A stretch of DNA of 64,000 nucleotides from Vicugna vicugna (lineage: Eukaryota): the NCBI GenBank assembly GCA_013265495.1, contig MU058824.1, positions 3,437,111 through 3,501,110 of the forward strand, written 5' to 3'. The notes beneath the pieces are model-generated. The model did no database searches. It saw only the letters and a program-made list of their open reading frames with translations, and was not told the DNA's origin. Shown here one piece after another: positions 1 through 12,802 of the stretch. A program made the translations under genes and the position numbers. Positions within the stretch are counted from its first letter, which is position 1, and every line of letters starts with the position of its first letter.

Positions 1-2267
1 GACGATGAGGTTCCCCCTCTGTGGTGCATCCCTCATCGTGTATACACCTCACCAAACAATTGCATGCAGACACACAGACACATGTCTTCATCCACAGCAC
101 ATCTCTTTTATCTGTCCTCCTTCCAAAGACCCCCAACCCAGCAGTCCCAAACTTGCCTCTCCAATCCCTCCAGCATCAGAAACCAAGGGATGGCTTTGTT
201 GGGAGAAGAGGGCTGGTTTACACTGCAGAGTGGTTACTGGGGTCTCGGCTCATTATGAGAGCAAATGTACTTAAACATTAAGGAGAGAGTTGCATTTATA
301 AAGCCCTGTTGTTTACACAGTGAGGAGAAATTAATTCATGAGAAGGTGGAAAGTGGCATTTGGGGGGCCCCACCATCGTCTGCCAACTAAATACTGGCCG
401 GTGGGCAAGCCCAGCGTGTGCTCACTTCCTCTTGACAGCTGGTCTCACAAAATGCAGACCCTTTAATCATGGGAATTCACCTAGTAATCTGGATAATTGA
501 GAAAAAAAAAACCAAGCAAAATACCCCACAGAAATTCAGAAGGAACTGCTGCTGATCTGTGTGAATATACCAGGCCCATTTCTGCATCAGAGTTGGGTCA
601 CAGTCCTGAAATGACTGGCTCAGGGTCTCTCTGGATGACGGGGGCAGGGTCTCTTCTGAGATCCTCCTGGTCCAGGCTGCTCTGAAGTGAGCCTGAGTGG
701 GCCTGCTGGCCCCTGGCCAAGCGCAGGACAACTGCTAGGCCCTTTACGTGCTTGGTTTACATCACTTAACCGACCCACATTCCCTGTCCTTCTCAACTCT
801 CTACCCTTCTCTGGGCCTCAGAGTTGCTCTTTGTAAACTGGGGCAAGTGTAGGGGGAAAAATAAAAGGTCATTACAAAATAAAATCAAATAAAATGAGGA
901 GGGGGAGTCTCCAAGAATCCTTTCAAATCCGATCTTATAAAAGCAAACAAGGAGAAAGGAGAAAACAGATGAGCCAAGAACCCCTGAGCTAGCCTGGGTT
1001 CAAGGTCACAACCCAAAACCCTGTCCTGAGATCTTCTCACCCCATCCCACTTTGACTATCTTCTTTGGTTCCCAAAATTTAAGTTCCCTATCAGTTTCTG
1101 CTTCCCCTCCACACACACACAGACCCACAGAGCCTAGCCCTTCAGTCTGTGCCTGGCCCACCCATCTCTACCCCGAATTACAGGGACTCAGGACCTCAGC
1201 CACAACATCTGGACCCTTGACTCCACCTCTGCCCCTCGCCTGAGTTCCCCCCTGCACCTCACAGCTGGCATGGCAGCCTGGCCCCTCTCTGAGATCACTG
1301 ACAACACAGATCACTTGACCTGACATGCCAGAATCCTTCTTGGAATCAGCACAGCAGACAACCAACCCATCTGCAGACTCTGTCAGGTCCCTCATCCTCT
1401 CCCAGAACGCTCCACGCCCCTGTCCGGGCCAGTGCTCTCCACCTTCTCCACCTGAATGCATCCCCCAATGGCCTGCCTCTGAACCTATGAACAAGAATGA
1501 GACACTCTATCTCCCCCATTCATTCTCGGAGCCTTTGAGCCTTAGCACAAGAGCCACCTCTCAGGGGAAGCCTTCCCTGACCCAAGTCAAGCTGAGCCTC
1601 CAGCCCTAGTCTCTCCCGGCTCCACAGACCCTCTATCAATCACCTGTGTCCATATCATATTACCTTCCAGCTTTTTTCTTCTTCATTTCAAAATACTTTT
1701 AAAATTGACGTATAACTTACATATATGTAAAGTGCAGTTCAGCTCAACACATGTCTTCAGATCTATACATCTGGGTATGGGTTTGGGATAGAGATGGGTA
1801 GGCAGAGGTACAAACTGGAAAGTTAGAAGGCTCTGTGTGTGTCCATATGTGTTGGGGACAGGGGCTTACCTGTAGGTAACCTAGATGTTGGATGTCAAAG
1901 AAAGTAGACACATGGCCAGCATCCTGGGAGGGGGTGAAGAGATCTTAGGATGAGATTCCTGATCAAGGTCAAGATCAGTGCACTTTTATATAATGAGAGG
2001 TCATGCTGAAGGTCCCACTTTAAAAATCTCATTAGCTGAATGGCTTCCTCTTGCTCAGTTGAATCGACTGCTATCGTTTACTTCTCCATTCTCCCACTGT
2101 CAAACATTTCCAATAGCCACAACTATACAGAATATTCTATGGACATCTTAGCAGATAATTCTTTAAGGCCATTCCTGGTTAATTTATAGGGTAGAGTGGA
2201 GATACTGAGCCAGAGGAGGAACTCTTGTAAGACTCTTAACACATATGGCCAAAGAGCTGACATGGAA

Positions 2268-2666
2268 TGTATTAGTCTGTTTGGGCTGCCATAATGAAAT
2301 GCCACAGACTGGGTGCTTAAACAACAGAAAATTATTTTTCACAGTTCTGGAGGCTGGAAGTCCAAGATCAAGGTGCTGGCAGGGCTGGATTCCTCTCAGG
2401 CCTGTGTCCTTGGCTTGCAGATGGTAGCCTCTTGCTGCCCCGCCGCAGGGCCATCCCTCTGTGCATGGGCGCCCTAGTGTTTTGTCTGTCCTAATTTCCT
2501 CTTTTTATAAGAACATCAGTCATATTGGATTGGGGCCCATCCTAATGGCCTCATTTTAACTTAATTACTTCTTTAAAGGCCATGTCTCCAGATACAGTCA
2601 CATTCTGAGGTACTGGGGGTTAGGGCTTCAACATTTTTGGGGGAACACACAGTTCATCCCATAACA
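2268..2666 (-). mobile_element. MaLR solo LTR (MLT1A/B-like)
   Basis: TG...CA ends and diagnostic MLT1 text 'gggctgccataa...ttaaacaacagaaa...cacagttctggaggctggaagtccaagatcaaggtg'. Confidence 0.85.
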
Positions 2667-2844
2667 GAACTCTTCCTTAGAGGTTGGAAATGTCCCTTGG
2701 TGTCACCTGGCTTGACTGAAGCCTCCTTGGTTCCTTCCAAAGCGGAAATGTATTTTGGTGTGAAGACCTTTCCGTCTCTCGGCCTCACCCATTTCCCTTT
2801 CTTCTTGTCTCTCAGCCCATCACTGTCGACAGCTGTCAGTCAGT

Positions 2845-3022
2845 CTAGAGATTCTCAGCCTCTGATGCATATTGAAATCTGAGAGCTTAAAAAACTATCC
2901 TGGTGTCTGGGTCCCAACCCAACAGATTCTGACGTCATTGGTCTGGGGTGCAGACTGGGCACGGAAAACTTTAAAGCTCATCAGGTGGCTCCAGTATTTT
3001 TGCCAAAGTGAGAGCCTCCAGG
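2845..3022. mobile_element. MER5-like hAT-Charlie fossil
   Basis: 'ctgggtcccaacccaacagattctgacgtcattggtctggggtg...ctgggca...tttaaagctc' resembles MER5A/B. Confidence 0.6.
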
Positions 3023-4589
3023 CTCTGGGTCTCTCTTCTTTGCCTTTGCAAAGCATGAGACAGGACACGGGGGCTGTTTAATTACCTCATCTTTCAAAGT
3101 TAATTAAAGCTCCATATTCTAAAGCCTGTTTTTAACTCCCCTAAACAAGTTTATTTTTAAAGCGTGGTGGTAATTTGGCTCTTTTGTTAAAATTAAGTCC
3201 TTAAAGTAAAAATTAAAAGACAAAATGGAAAATCACTGGGCATAGAAAATCCACCCTGGATTTAATAGTCTCTTAAGTTGTGGACTAGAGAGAGATCTCG
3301 CTGCTCAGTGTGGGTGGGGGAGCTTGCTATACATTGTGGCCTTTGAGGCTTACATTCTGTGTAAGCTTTTAAAAGAAGAGGATAAAAGCTCATTTTCATG
3401 AGAGCCCTGCTTCTGTGGTGGGGTGATTAGGAAACTGTTGTGTCAAGTTTGGGCTCCTCCAAGTTTTGCACCCCAACTGTCAATGTTTGAAACAAAGTTT
3501 TACAAGACTCTACTGAGGGGTGAATCACACAGACACAATGAGCTAAAGCAGCCAGAGACAAGAGAGTCCATATTGGATGAGTCCATTTAGATGAAGTTCA
3601 AGTTCAAGTGAAATTAATTGACAGTGACCAGCATCAGATGTAAGTTGCCTCTGCTGCCTGTGTTTGCTGGAGGAAAGTCAGATCCTGAATCAGCACTTTT
3701 CTGAGGCCTTGATGGTGGAGGGATGGGCACATGGCTTAGCTGGTTGTGGGGAAGACGTCTGTGAAACTCGTCCCCCTTCAAACCATGGCTTTCCCAAGTG
3801 GCCCAGGGCCCCGTCATTAGCAGGACAGAGTCACGGACCCCGCCCCAGGCCCGGGGGCTGTCTGGCCTCTGCTTGCTCACTCTGCCCCTCTACCCTCAGC
3901 TCTACCCCCAGCATGGATGGCCCCTGTGCTCTCTCCCTCCTGCGTGAGATGACCCTCTTCATCTTGTTCACCTGGAATTTGGTCATCCTTCATATTCACA
4001 GCAGGGAAGTCATTCCTCTGCCTCCAGGGATGGTATTAACCACACTCTTCACTTGTCATTATTTGTTTTTGCTGTTAAACTGGGTGCTCTTTTTGCGGTG
4101 GTACTATCTGTATCTGCAATGCTGGGCACAGTGCCGGGCACTGAGTAGAGGCTTAAAAACAGTGTTTGTCATTGAATTGTGTGTGTAGAATGGGAATTGG
4201 AGAGCTGTGGACAGATGTCCTTTGTTAAAGCCACCTATTTATTCATAACAATATTTGAAACGAGATGGAGAAACGTGATTCAAATGACTCCGGGAAAGGC
4301 TCTATGTGGTGGGTTGGGATCTGCAGGCACAGGTATGGGCTGCCCCCAGCTCCAGAGTGGGCAGCAGAATGGCTCTGCAAAACAGAGGGACAAAAATTTG
4401 ACAGTGGGGTGGGGCAGTGCTGGAGGGATGGAAGGAAGAAGTGGGGAGAAGACAGAGACAGTGGGTTGAGGGAATGGCAAGGACAGGGGGAAGCCATGCA
4501 TTGTGTAACGTGACTCCTCCCTGCAGCCCTGAAATCTTCACTGAAGTTCCCCAAACTCACGAAATGTTTCATGGTAATGTACTTGTGAC

Positions 4590-4822
4590 TGCATGAATGT
4601 GCACATGGGTGACAAGTGTGTGCGTGTGTGAGTGTGCAATATGTCTATATGTGTGAGCATGTGTGTGTCTGTGCATGTGTGGTTGTGTGTATATATATAT
4701 ATATATAAGCATCTGTGGATGTGTGCTTGTATGAATGGGAATATGTGTGTAAGTGTGTGTCTGTGAGTGAGTGTGAACATGTGCGAGTGTGTATATGGGC
4801 AAGTATGTGCATGTGTGTGTGA
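4590..4822. repeat. Degenerate (TG)n/(TA)n low-complexity tract
   Basis: About 230 bp of interrupted TG dinucleotides with a central (TA)n run. Confidence 0.9.
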
Positions 4823-5317
4823 CTGAGAAAGGCTATGGGTTTCCTATCCGGATTGTTTTGGGAGTGAGGCTGAGGCAGCATGAGGAAGTTAGCTTTGCAT
4901 CTCTCAGCAATCACAGAAAGCACAGACCATGGCACTGGAGCCAAGTCTCTGAGGGGCCAGTAGCCCCCAGCTGAGGTCTGAGTCACACATTTTATGAGTC
5001 ATTAGTTTTATCAGGAAAGCCAATCTTGATTGCCAGGCAGTGCCTACCTGGAACCCTATATTGAAGAGTGAAGACTTCGAGACTCCAAGGGAAAGGTGAT
5101 TATGATTGATTAGCAATGTCTGCCCTGGCTCTGACTGGGATGGTGGCAGCATGCATGACTGATGTTTGCTATCCCTGGCCTCTAATGGGCGCCAAGCAAA
5201 GTGCTAGGCTTTTGGGATACAAAGGTGAATCTGACACAGTACTTGCCCTCATGGAGCTCCCAGTCTACTGCAGGAGACTGAGAGTGTAAATGTACAATTG
5301 AAAGTAGATGTGGGCTA

Positions 5318-6148
5318 TACTCCTGGGTATATACCTGGAGGAAGCTCTAATTCAAAAAGATACATGCACTCCAGTGTTCATAGCAGCACTATTTACAATA
5401 GTCAAGACATGGAAGCAACCTAAATTGTCCAATGACAGATGACTGGCTAAAGAAGCTGTGGTATATTTATACAATGGAATACTACCCAGCCATAAAAAAG
5501 AATAAAATAATGCCATTTGCAGCAATGTGGATGGACCTGAAGATCGTCATTCTAAGTGAAGTAAGACAAAAAGAGAAAGAAAAATAACATATGGTATCAC
5601 TTATATGTGGGATCTAAAAAAAAAAAAAGACACAAATGAATTTATTTGCAAAACAGAAACAGACTCACATAGAAGACAAACTTATGGTTACCAGTGGAGA
5701 AAGGGGGTGGGAAGGGATAAATTGGGAGTTTGTGATTTGCAGATACTATATATACTATATATAAAATAGATAAACAAGTTTCTACTGTATAGCACAGGGA
5801 ACTATACTCAATATCTTGTAGTAACCTATAATGAAAAAGAATATGAAAAGGCATATATGTATGTATATGTATGACTGAAACATTATGTTGTACATCATAA
5901 AATTGACACAGCATTTAAACTGACTATACTTCAATTAAAAAATGGAAAAAATAAATAAGTGGGGGAAGAACAAGCATAAATAAATAAGTAAAAATAGATA
6001 AACAACAAGGTCCTATTGTATAGCACAGGGAACCATATTTAATACCTTGTAATGGCCTACAATGAAAAAGAATATGAGAGTATGCTGTACACAGAAATTA
6101 AGACATTGTAAATCAACTTCAATAAAAAATTAATTAATTAAAAAAATA
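5318..6148 (+). mobile_element. 5'-truncated L1 (end of ORF2 plus 3'UTR, doubled tail) nested in an L2 remnant
   Basis: L1 3' text 'ttcatagcagcactatttacaatagtcaagacatggaagcaacc' and an A-rich tail. TSD-like pair gaaagtagatgtgggcta (5300-5317) / gaaggcagatgtgagcta (6149-6166). L2-like sequence lies on both flanks. Confidence 0.9.
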
Positions 6149-6379
6149 GAAGGCAGATGTGAGCTAGATGAGGAGGTTGCAAGGCACAGCTGAGAGAGGT
6201 ACTGATGGTGCCTGGAGCAGAAGGGGTTTCCTCATGCAATTTCTGACCAGGCTGACAAGGATGGAGAAAAGGAAGGAGGGTATTTCCAGCAGGGGACAGA
6301 GGATGAGGAAATTCTCAAAGGAGTGAAAATGTTGGGGGTTCTGGGGGCAGAACAAGGGGGGAGTGGCAGGAGATGGGCA

Positions 6380-6750
6380 GGGCAGGAAGTTGGGAGCTGA
6401 ATGGGGGGCCCTAAGCACTATTGCTAGGAAGTAATCCCTAACAGGGTCGTCAGCCATGTACAAAGGAGGTCAGCTCTCAGCCCAGGGGACACCTACACAT
6501 GGAGCCTGGACATCCCAGCACATCCTTCCCAGACTGAGGGGGGCCTTCTCTGCTCCCATTTTCCTGAGTGCAGACCGTGGGAACCAAGCCCCATTGATCC
6601 TGGTGTTGTACATGTTGTGAGCTGCTGCAGGTGTGGGACAAAAAGCCACAGATAATTTGCATGGGATGGAGAGCACATTTTCAGTTTCCCTCTCTCACAA
6701 ATTGCAAATTTCACTTTCACAGCCTTTCTTTCCCCATCACAACCACACCA
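6380..6750. promoter_or_regulatory. Candidate B-cell enhancer module
   Basis: Clustered ETS, EBF, E-box, octamer, two IRF/ISRE and RUNX motifs (see findings). Motif evidence only. Confidence 0.5.
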
Positions 6751-6949
6751 ATTTCTCCACAGCCCCTCAGGAGTCTGTTGTCACAGAGATGCCCCAGTTT
6801 TCCTCTCTGGTGTTTCTGCCTCACCAGACACCAGGGTTCTGAAAAGCTCAGCACCCAGTCTCTGACGTTCCCTGCTCCGAGCCTTCTCCAAGCCTCCTCC
6901 AAACCCATTCTGGCTCAGGGAGAGAGTCCCACACTGGGGGACAGGGGCC

Positions 6950-7070
6950 TGGCCTGCAGTCCTGGCTCTGCCCCTAACTCAGTGTAGGATATGAAGCTCT
7001 CTCTGGGCCTCAGTTTCCCCATATATACTATAGAAGGCTTAGAATTGATAATTTCTGAAGGTCCTCCAAG
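6950..7070. mobile_element. MIR-family SINE remnant
   Basis: 'cctggctctgcccctaact...ctctctgggcctcagtttccccatatata' MIR core. Confidence 0.65.
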
Positions 7071-8800
7071 TTGTACAACGGTGACTTTCTGATCTTGACA
7101 GTTTGTCATGGGAAGCCTGAGTCGATCTTTTATACCAAGTGTTGGGATTTGTGTTGGCCCTGATGGTCCAGGGACTTGAGGTCTTGAGGCAGAACAAGGT
7201 GTCTGCCCCCTTGTTCCCTGGATCTGCCACTGCTTCCCCCTTCCTTCCCAATGTTCTGGTTCTCTGGTCTAGCTCCTGTATCTTCATGTTCATCTGTTCC
7301 CTGGCTCCTGGTGACGACTCTGTGGGAGGTATGGCTTAGGAGGGCTTGGTTCACTGTGCTAAAAGCACTCCTGGCTGGGAGGGAGGCCTCTTCTCCCTCC
7401 CACCCTCTGGCTCCATGCCACAGCCCAGCTCAACGCCATGGCCAGAGCGTTTCGAAAACAGCTGTCATCTGAGAAGAGGGCGCCTGGAGGGAACAAGGCC
7501 GTTGAGACAATATTGAAACACATTTTTCACTCACTCCTAACACGTTGATGTTTTCAGAGATGCTTTCTGTTTCCTGTTGACAACATGTGGCAGAGGGAGA
7601 TGGAGCGGGTGGAAGGTAGGGGGTCCCAAAGCCTAGGCGAACTTTTTCCTTGTTCTAGCTTCAGTTTCCCATTTGTAAAGGGGGGTATAGTAGGGCAGGC
7701 TAGAGTAGACGAGACAATTTAGGCGTTTGCAATCCACCAGAACTTCAAGAATCCTGCCATAGCCAAGACCTCCCATCCCTTGCAAGATGCTGCTTCATGC
7801 ATAGCCTGGCTTGCTGATGGTAACGGAAGGCTCAAGAGACGACAAGGACCCCCTGGAGCATAGACAGGCAGGGTACAGAGGCCAGGTCTGTGGTGGGTTG
7901 GCAGGGAAATCCAGAGTGACCCAGGAGGCCAACATGAACTGAGGTGATGAAACTAGAAAACTCTCCTGAGCAGCTAAGTGCAAGAGAGTTGCCATGCAAA
8001 TCAGCAGGAAGAGATGATTAATTGGGTGTAGGCACAGAAGAGAGGTGGCTGGTGACCCATGACTTGTCCAGGATGATGGTGGATCCCTTGGGACCCCCGA
8101 GGCTCCAGTGGGAGTAGGTGTGAAGGATCAGATGGGGTGTGAAAGGAGGCAGAGGCAGAGGCAGAGGCGAGTTTGACAGGCTCCCCTCCCAGAAAGATTA
8201 ACCAGGCGAAGCTGGCTGGGGAGAGGGGGCTGATGGAGGAAGGGTGAGAAAGGCACACAGATAGTTTCCATTTCAGGGACGTTCTGTGTTCTGCCCCAAC
8301 CTCTGATGCCTCACTTGGGGGTGGGAAAGGGGTGTGGAGCAGAGGAAGAAGCAGGGGCTTTTCTGAACAACATTTCTAGTATGCAGGGTTATCAGAATTC
8401 ACAGACCCTCCCCGGGGGCTTCCTCCCAGTGCCTGGTCCCACTTTCAGGAGATGCTTGACTCCCCTCTGGTTGCTCACCTCCAGGGACAACAAGCCCACT
8501 GCATCCCAGGTGGTCCATCCCACTGTGGGAAACTCCGGACAAGAAGGGCTTCTTGGCACCAATTCAAATTTTGCATCTCCAGCTGCATCAGCATTTGGCA
8601 CAATAGACCCCATAGATGTTCAGCTTGGTTCTGGTCTGTGGAGAGTTTTAGGTAGGAAGCAGCAATAAATAATGTAAAAATTATTACCAGACATTATCTG
8701 GCAGGCTTGGTACCATGTTCTAGGGAATTAGGGTTTTGTCAAGTTTCTGCCTCAGTTTGCCACTTTTTGCCTCAGTTTCTCTATTTGAGATAAAGACCAC

Positions 8801-9190
8801 TCTGCTGGTTAATTCTGTATGTCCACTTAGCTGGGCGATGATGCCCAGCTGTTTGGTCAAATACTAGTTTACGTGTTGCTGGAAAGGTGTTCTGTAGATA
8901 TGATTTAACACCTACAACAAATCAACTTTCAGTAGAGATAACCCTCCACAATGTGGGGAGGCCTTATCCAGTTAGCTGACGACCTTAAGGGTAAAGACTG
9001 AGGTTTCCTGAAGAAGAAGGAATTCTGCTTCAAAATTATTAGAAATTCTGCCTAAGTTTCCAGCCTGCTGACCTGCCCCACAGATTTTGAACTTGCTAGC
9101 CCCAACAACTGTGTGAGCTTAAATAAATCTTTTTCTCTCTCTCTCCAAATCCTACTGGTTTTGTTTCACTGGAGAACCCTGACGGATGCA
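8801..9190 (+). mobile_element. ERVL solo LTR (MLT2C/D-like)
   Basis: 'ggttaattctgtatgtccacttagctgg...tttggtcaaatactagt...ctggagaaccctgac'. Near-TSD accac/gccac. Confidence 0.85.
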
Positions 9191-12100
9191 GCCACCTACC
9201 ACCTCTCTGTGCAAAGGCAGAAAAATAACACTTAATTCCTTAGAAGAGCAATGTATAAAAGGACTAACATTACAGAAGGGCTCATTTGTGTGGTGCTGTG
9301 TTAATCTAAACACATCTCCAAGGGTGCCATCCATTTCCTTTCTCAAAATCCGTGATGGACCCCACTGCAACCACTGCCTGGAGTCGGCTACTCTATGAAG
9401 CATTTCTATCTATCAAACGCAAAGCAAGTAACATATATAACTCATCTATATTAGATACTTTAGTTCTTGCAAGAGAGAGGGTATTATCTCCATTTTATAG
9501 ATGAGGAGAATAAAACACAGAGGACCACACTCCTTGGCCTGAAATGTGGAGCCTTCGGAGATCCTGCTCCAATTCATCTCCCTCTTACTCCCTTTCATGT
9601 CATCCGTGGTCAAGGCAAATGGACGAGAACCTATTACTTAAGTGTGCTCTAGATTTCCTATATCCAGGCTGTTCCCTACACATGGATTTCTTCTAAAATG
9701 TATTTCCTCTTATCCTACATGTTGAAGTCTCCCTCTGCTCCAAAGGCCAATTCCAAGGTCACCTCCTCTGTGAAGTTTTCCTGGGTCCCCACCATCACTG
9801 ACACTGGGAGTGACTTCTTCCTGCACAGTCTCACATCTGGGCCTCTTTTTAACCTGAGTCACTGCCATCCGTTTCAGAGCGTTTCTCTCCCCCTATTAAA
9901 ATGGAAGCTCTCTGAGGGAAGGAAACATGTCTGATGGACTACAACAGATAACAGTACTGAAACCATGTGGTTTCTTTCTAAAGAAGGCAATTTTGATTAG
10001 GAAAAAAAATTAGTCCTACTGGACTAAACTTTTCTAAGGAAGTATCTGTGTGGTTGTTTTCTGAAAGATCGGTTGTTTCTGCTCCAGCATTATGTTAGTA
10101 GACTTGTATTTTCTTTGCTCTTATCTTCCATTTGAATGACAGACCTCACACTGATCATTTAGAAAGCTTTGTCTTGATTTGTCTGCCTGAGGCTTGACAG
10201 AGCAACACCAGCAAGTCATGTAACCCCCAAGCCCTACAGTGTGAGTCCCACCTGCACCCTCTCCAGCCTTAAGCCGCCTTCCGAAAGGAACCACGGTGGG
10301 CCTTTCCATTTGGAAATGCAACATCCCAGTCCAGTGGACCAAGGTTTTAGTTGTCCCTATTTTGGTACTATCATGCACAGAACAGTGTTGGGGACTAGTG
10401 GGTTAAATTTATTTACTGAAGCCTAACTGTGTCAGGCCCCATTCTGGACCCTGTGAGAAAGGAGACAGAGGACATGGCCTTTATCCCTATTCTATCAACA
10501 TATATTTGAGTCCCTGCTCTATACCAGGAACCATGCTCTTTTTAGCACTCAACTCACTGGTACGGAGACTATCTTCTCCATGGGCTACAAGCCCCGTGAG
10601 GGGATGGATCATATTTATCTGGCTCATCACTGGGTCTTGACTTCAGGGCAGTGCCTGGCACATAACAGCTATCCTCTAGTTGTAGAACTGAATGGGGCTT
10701 GCATCTGTCTAACCCACTAGAGAAAATGAGAGCTCTACAAGGGTTGGGAAGCCTTTGATGTCAGCACAAAACCTGGCTCAGGTGAGATGCTCATCAGTGT
10801 TTATCGAGTTGGCTGGATGGCCCTAGTGCAGTAGAGGTCCAGTATAGGCGACACCTCACCAAGGCATGGATTGACCCTTGATTCTGTATGAGTTCCCATC
10901 TGTCTTGCTGTGGAAACTGCACCTCTTGATTTCTTTTGTGACCTCTTTTCCTTACTTGTAACTTTGGGGACTGAACTATTAATTGTGTGGATGCTAAAGA
11001 TTGTCTCCCTGGGGCTGCTAGTCAGTTCTAAGCACTTCAGGCTAGTTGTATGCTCAAATGATAGGGCACTGTGAAGGGACATGACCCATGATGAAACTGG
11101 GTTTCCCACTGAAACTGTATTAAGTGGAGGAATTATGTTCATTATCAAGGGATTGATACTCAACTTTTCCTAAAAATGACCACAAGTGTGATGTTTAACC
11201 AACTGTCATGGCAGACTTCCATCAAGTTTCTAGGCTGTGCACAAGCGACATCTGAGTGACTGACTGGTCAGGCATGAAGGAGGGATTGGTTTGTGGGGCC
11301 ACGAGGAATCAGTTGGAAGATTTTCCTGGGAAAGGGGTTGGGCCTGACATGAGCAGCTGGAAAGATGGACAGAGAAGACGAGTATACAGAGTAAGAAGGT
11401 TCTCAGAGGCTGTGTCAGGGGAAAACAGCCAGGTGATGCTTACAGTAAGGGCCATGAGTTGCTAACGTGAATACCACTGGCAGAGCTGGACAGGCTGGGG
11501 ACTTGCCGAGTTGCTGTTAGGCTGAGTGCTGCCCAAAGGAAGGTGCCGCACACTGGTCATCAGGATTGCTCTTGATTGAAGCCAGTGCTGACTCTGACTT
11601 GGTTAAGCCTGGGGCTACCAGTGACCATTAGACCACAGATCATCAGAGCAGAGCAGCTAAGAACTCACCCAGGATGATCCCACTGCTTCCAGTTTTATAA
11701 TGAGGAAACTGAGGCTTAGAGAGGATGTCACAAGTTGTCAGAACTCAAAAAGGCACATGTCATTGCATCTGATTAGCAATGTGTTTACACTGGTCAGTTA
11801 TGTGTAAGAGGCTAAGCTATGTTTGGTGTACATACTGAGGGGGACATATGTGGAGATCTGTTAAGGACTATTTGCTAGTGTATACAGGACTGAACTTTTT
11901 GATATGCAGCAAGTAACTCCGAGGGAAGGAAGTGATGGTCTGGTTTCTCCACAGGAAATCCTTCTTTTGCACATGTACCCACCTTCTCCCCTTACTCAGG
12001 CAGCCACAGAGCATTTCCAGAGAGGACCACCCCTCAAGTGAATAGGAGACAGGAAGCTCCTAGTCTCTGACCTGCCCTGGGTCCCCAGTACCATTCTGGT

Positions 12101-12802
12101 GGCCCCCAGAGATCTCTCCTTTCCTCTTCTCTTTGGTGGTCCTTCTATATGTACTCACGCCGCTCAACCCTCTCCCCTTTTTCTTGGAAAAAGCTTTACC
12201 ATTGTAAGGGAGACCCTGAGAATATCATTTCCTCACCTTGCTCATCTGTCTGCATACCTGCCTTCTAGTCCTTTCAAGCATCCCTCTGGATCCATCCCTT
12301 CCCTCCTCCTTGAGTGCTATCAACTGAGTTTTCTTCTCTTCTCCATCCCCTCTTTCAGCACCTTCCTGTCAATGGCAACCTGACTCCAGCCAGAGTCCAC
12401 TGTCCTGTCAACATTTCACAGCTAAGGGCTTGCAAAGAGACGCACATTTTCTCTTCTTCCCAGCTGCTTATTCCCTCCTCAATGCACTGCAGTCTGGCTT
12501 CTTGGCCTACTGCTACCCTGGAAATCCTTTGGTAAAGGTCTCCAAGTAGCTGTATGCCCCAAATCTAATAGGTGATTTTCAGCTCATACATTTATTTGAC
12601 CAAAATATATTTCACAAAGGAATCGAGGTATAAGAATGTATGCAAGATGAGAAAATATAAATAAAATCATCTTGGGAAAAGTGTAAATTAGAATGGAGAT
12701 ACAAACAACCAAATAGCAGATGAAATACTGCATCCCCCTATAAAAGCTCAGGGAATAAAAACAAAGAGCAACATGGCACAAGAAATTCCTCTTATTTAGG
12801 GG

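Noticed and set aside
3664..4188. Longest ORF in the track (174 aa)
   Set aside because: Non-ATG start, no recognisable domain or splice structure, and it runs into an L2-like remnant.
4538..4986. His/Thr-rich ORFs
   Set aside because: Translation of the (TG)n/(CA)n tract.
5176..5194. CTCF-like tggcctctaatgggcgcca
   Set aside because: Lacks the near-invariant central AG(G/A) core.
8146..8168. (GAGGCA)4 giving ASASAS in an ORF
   Set aside because: Simple hexamer microsatellite.
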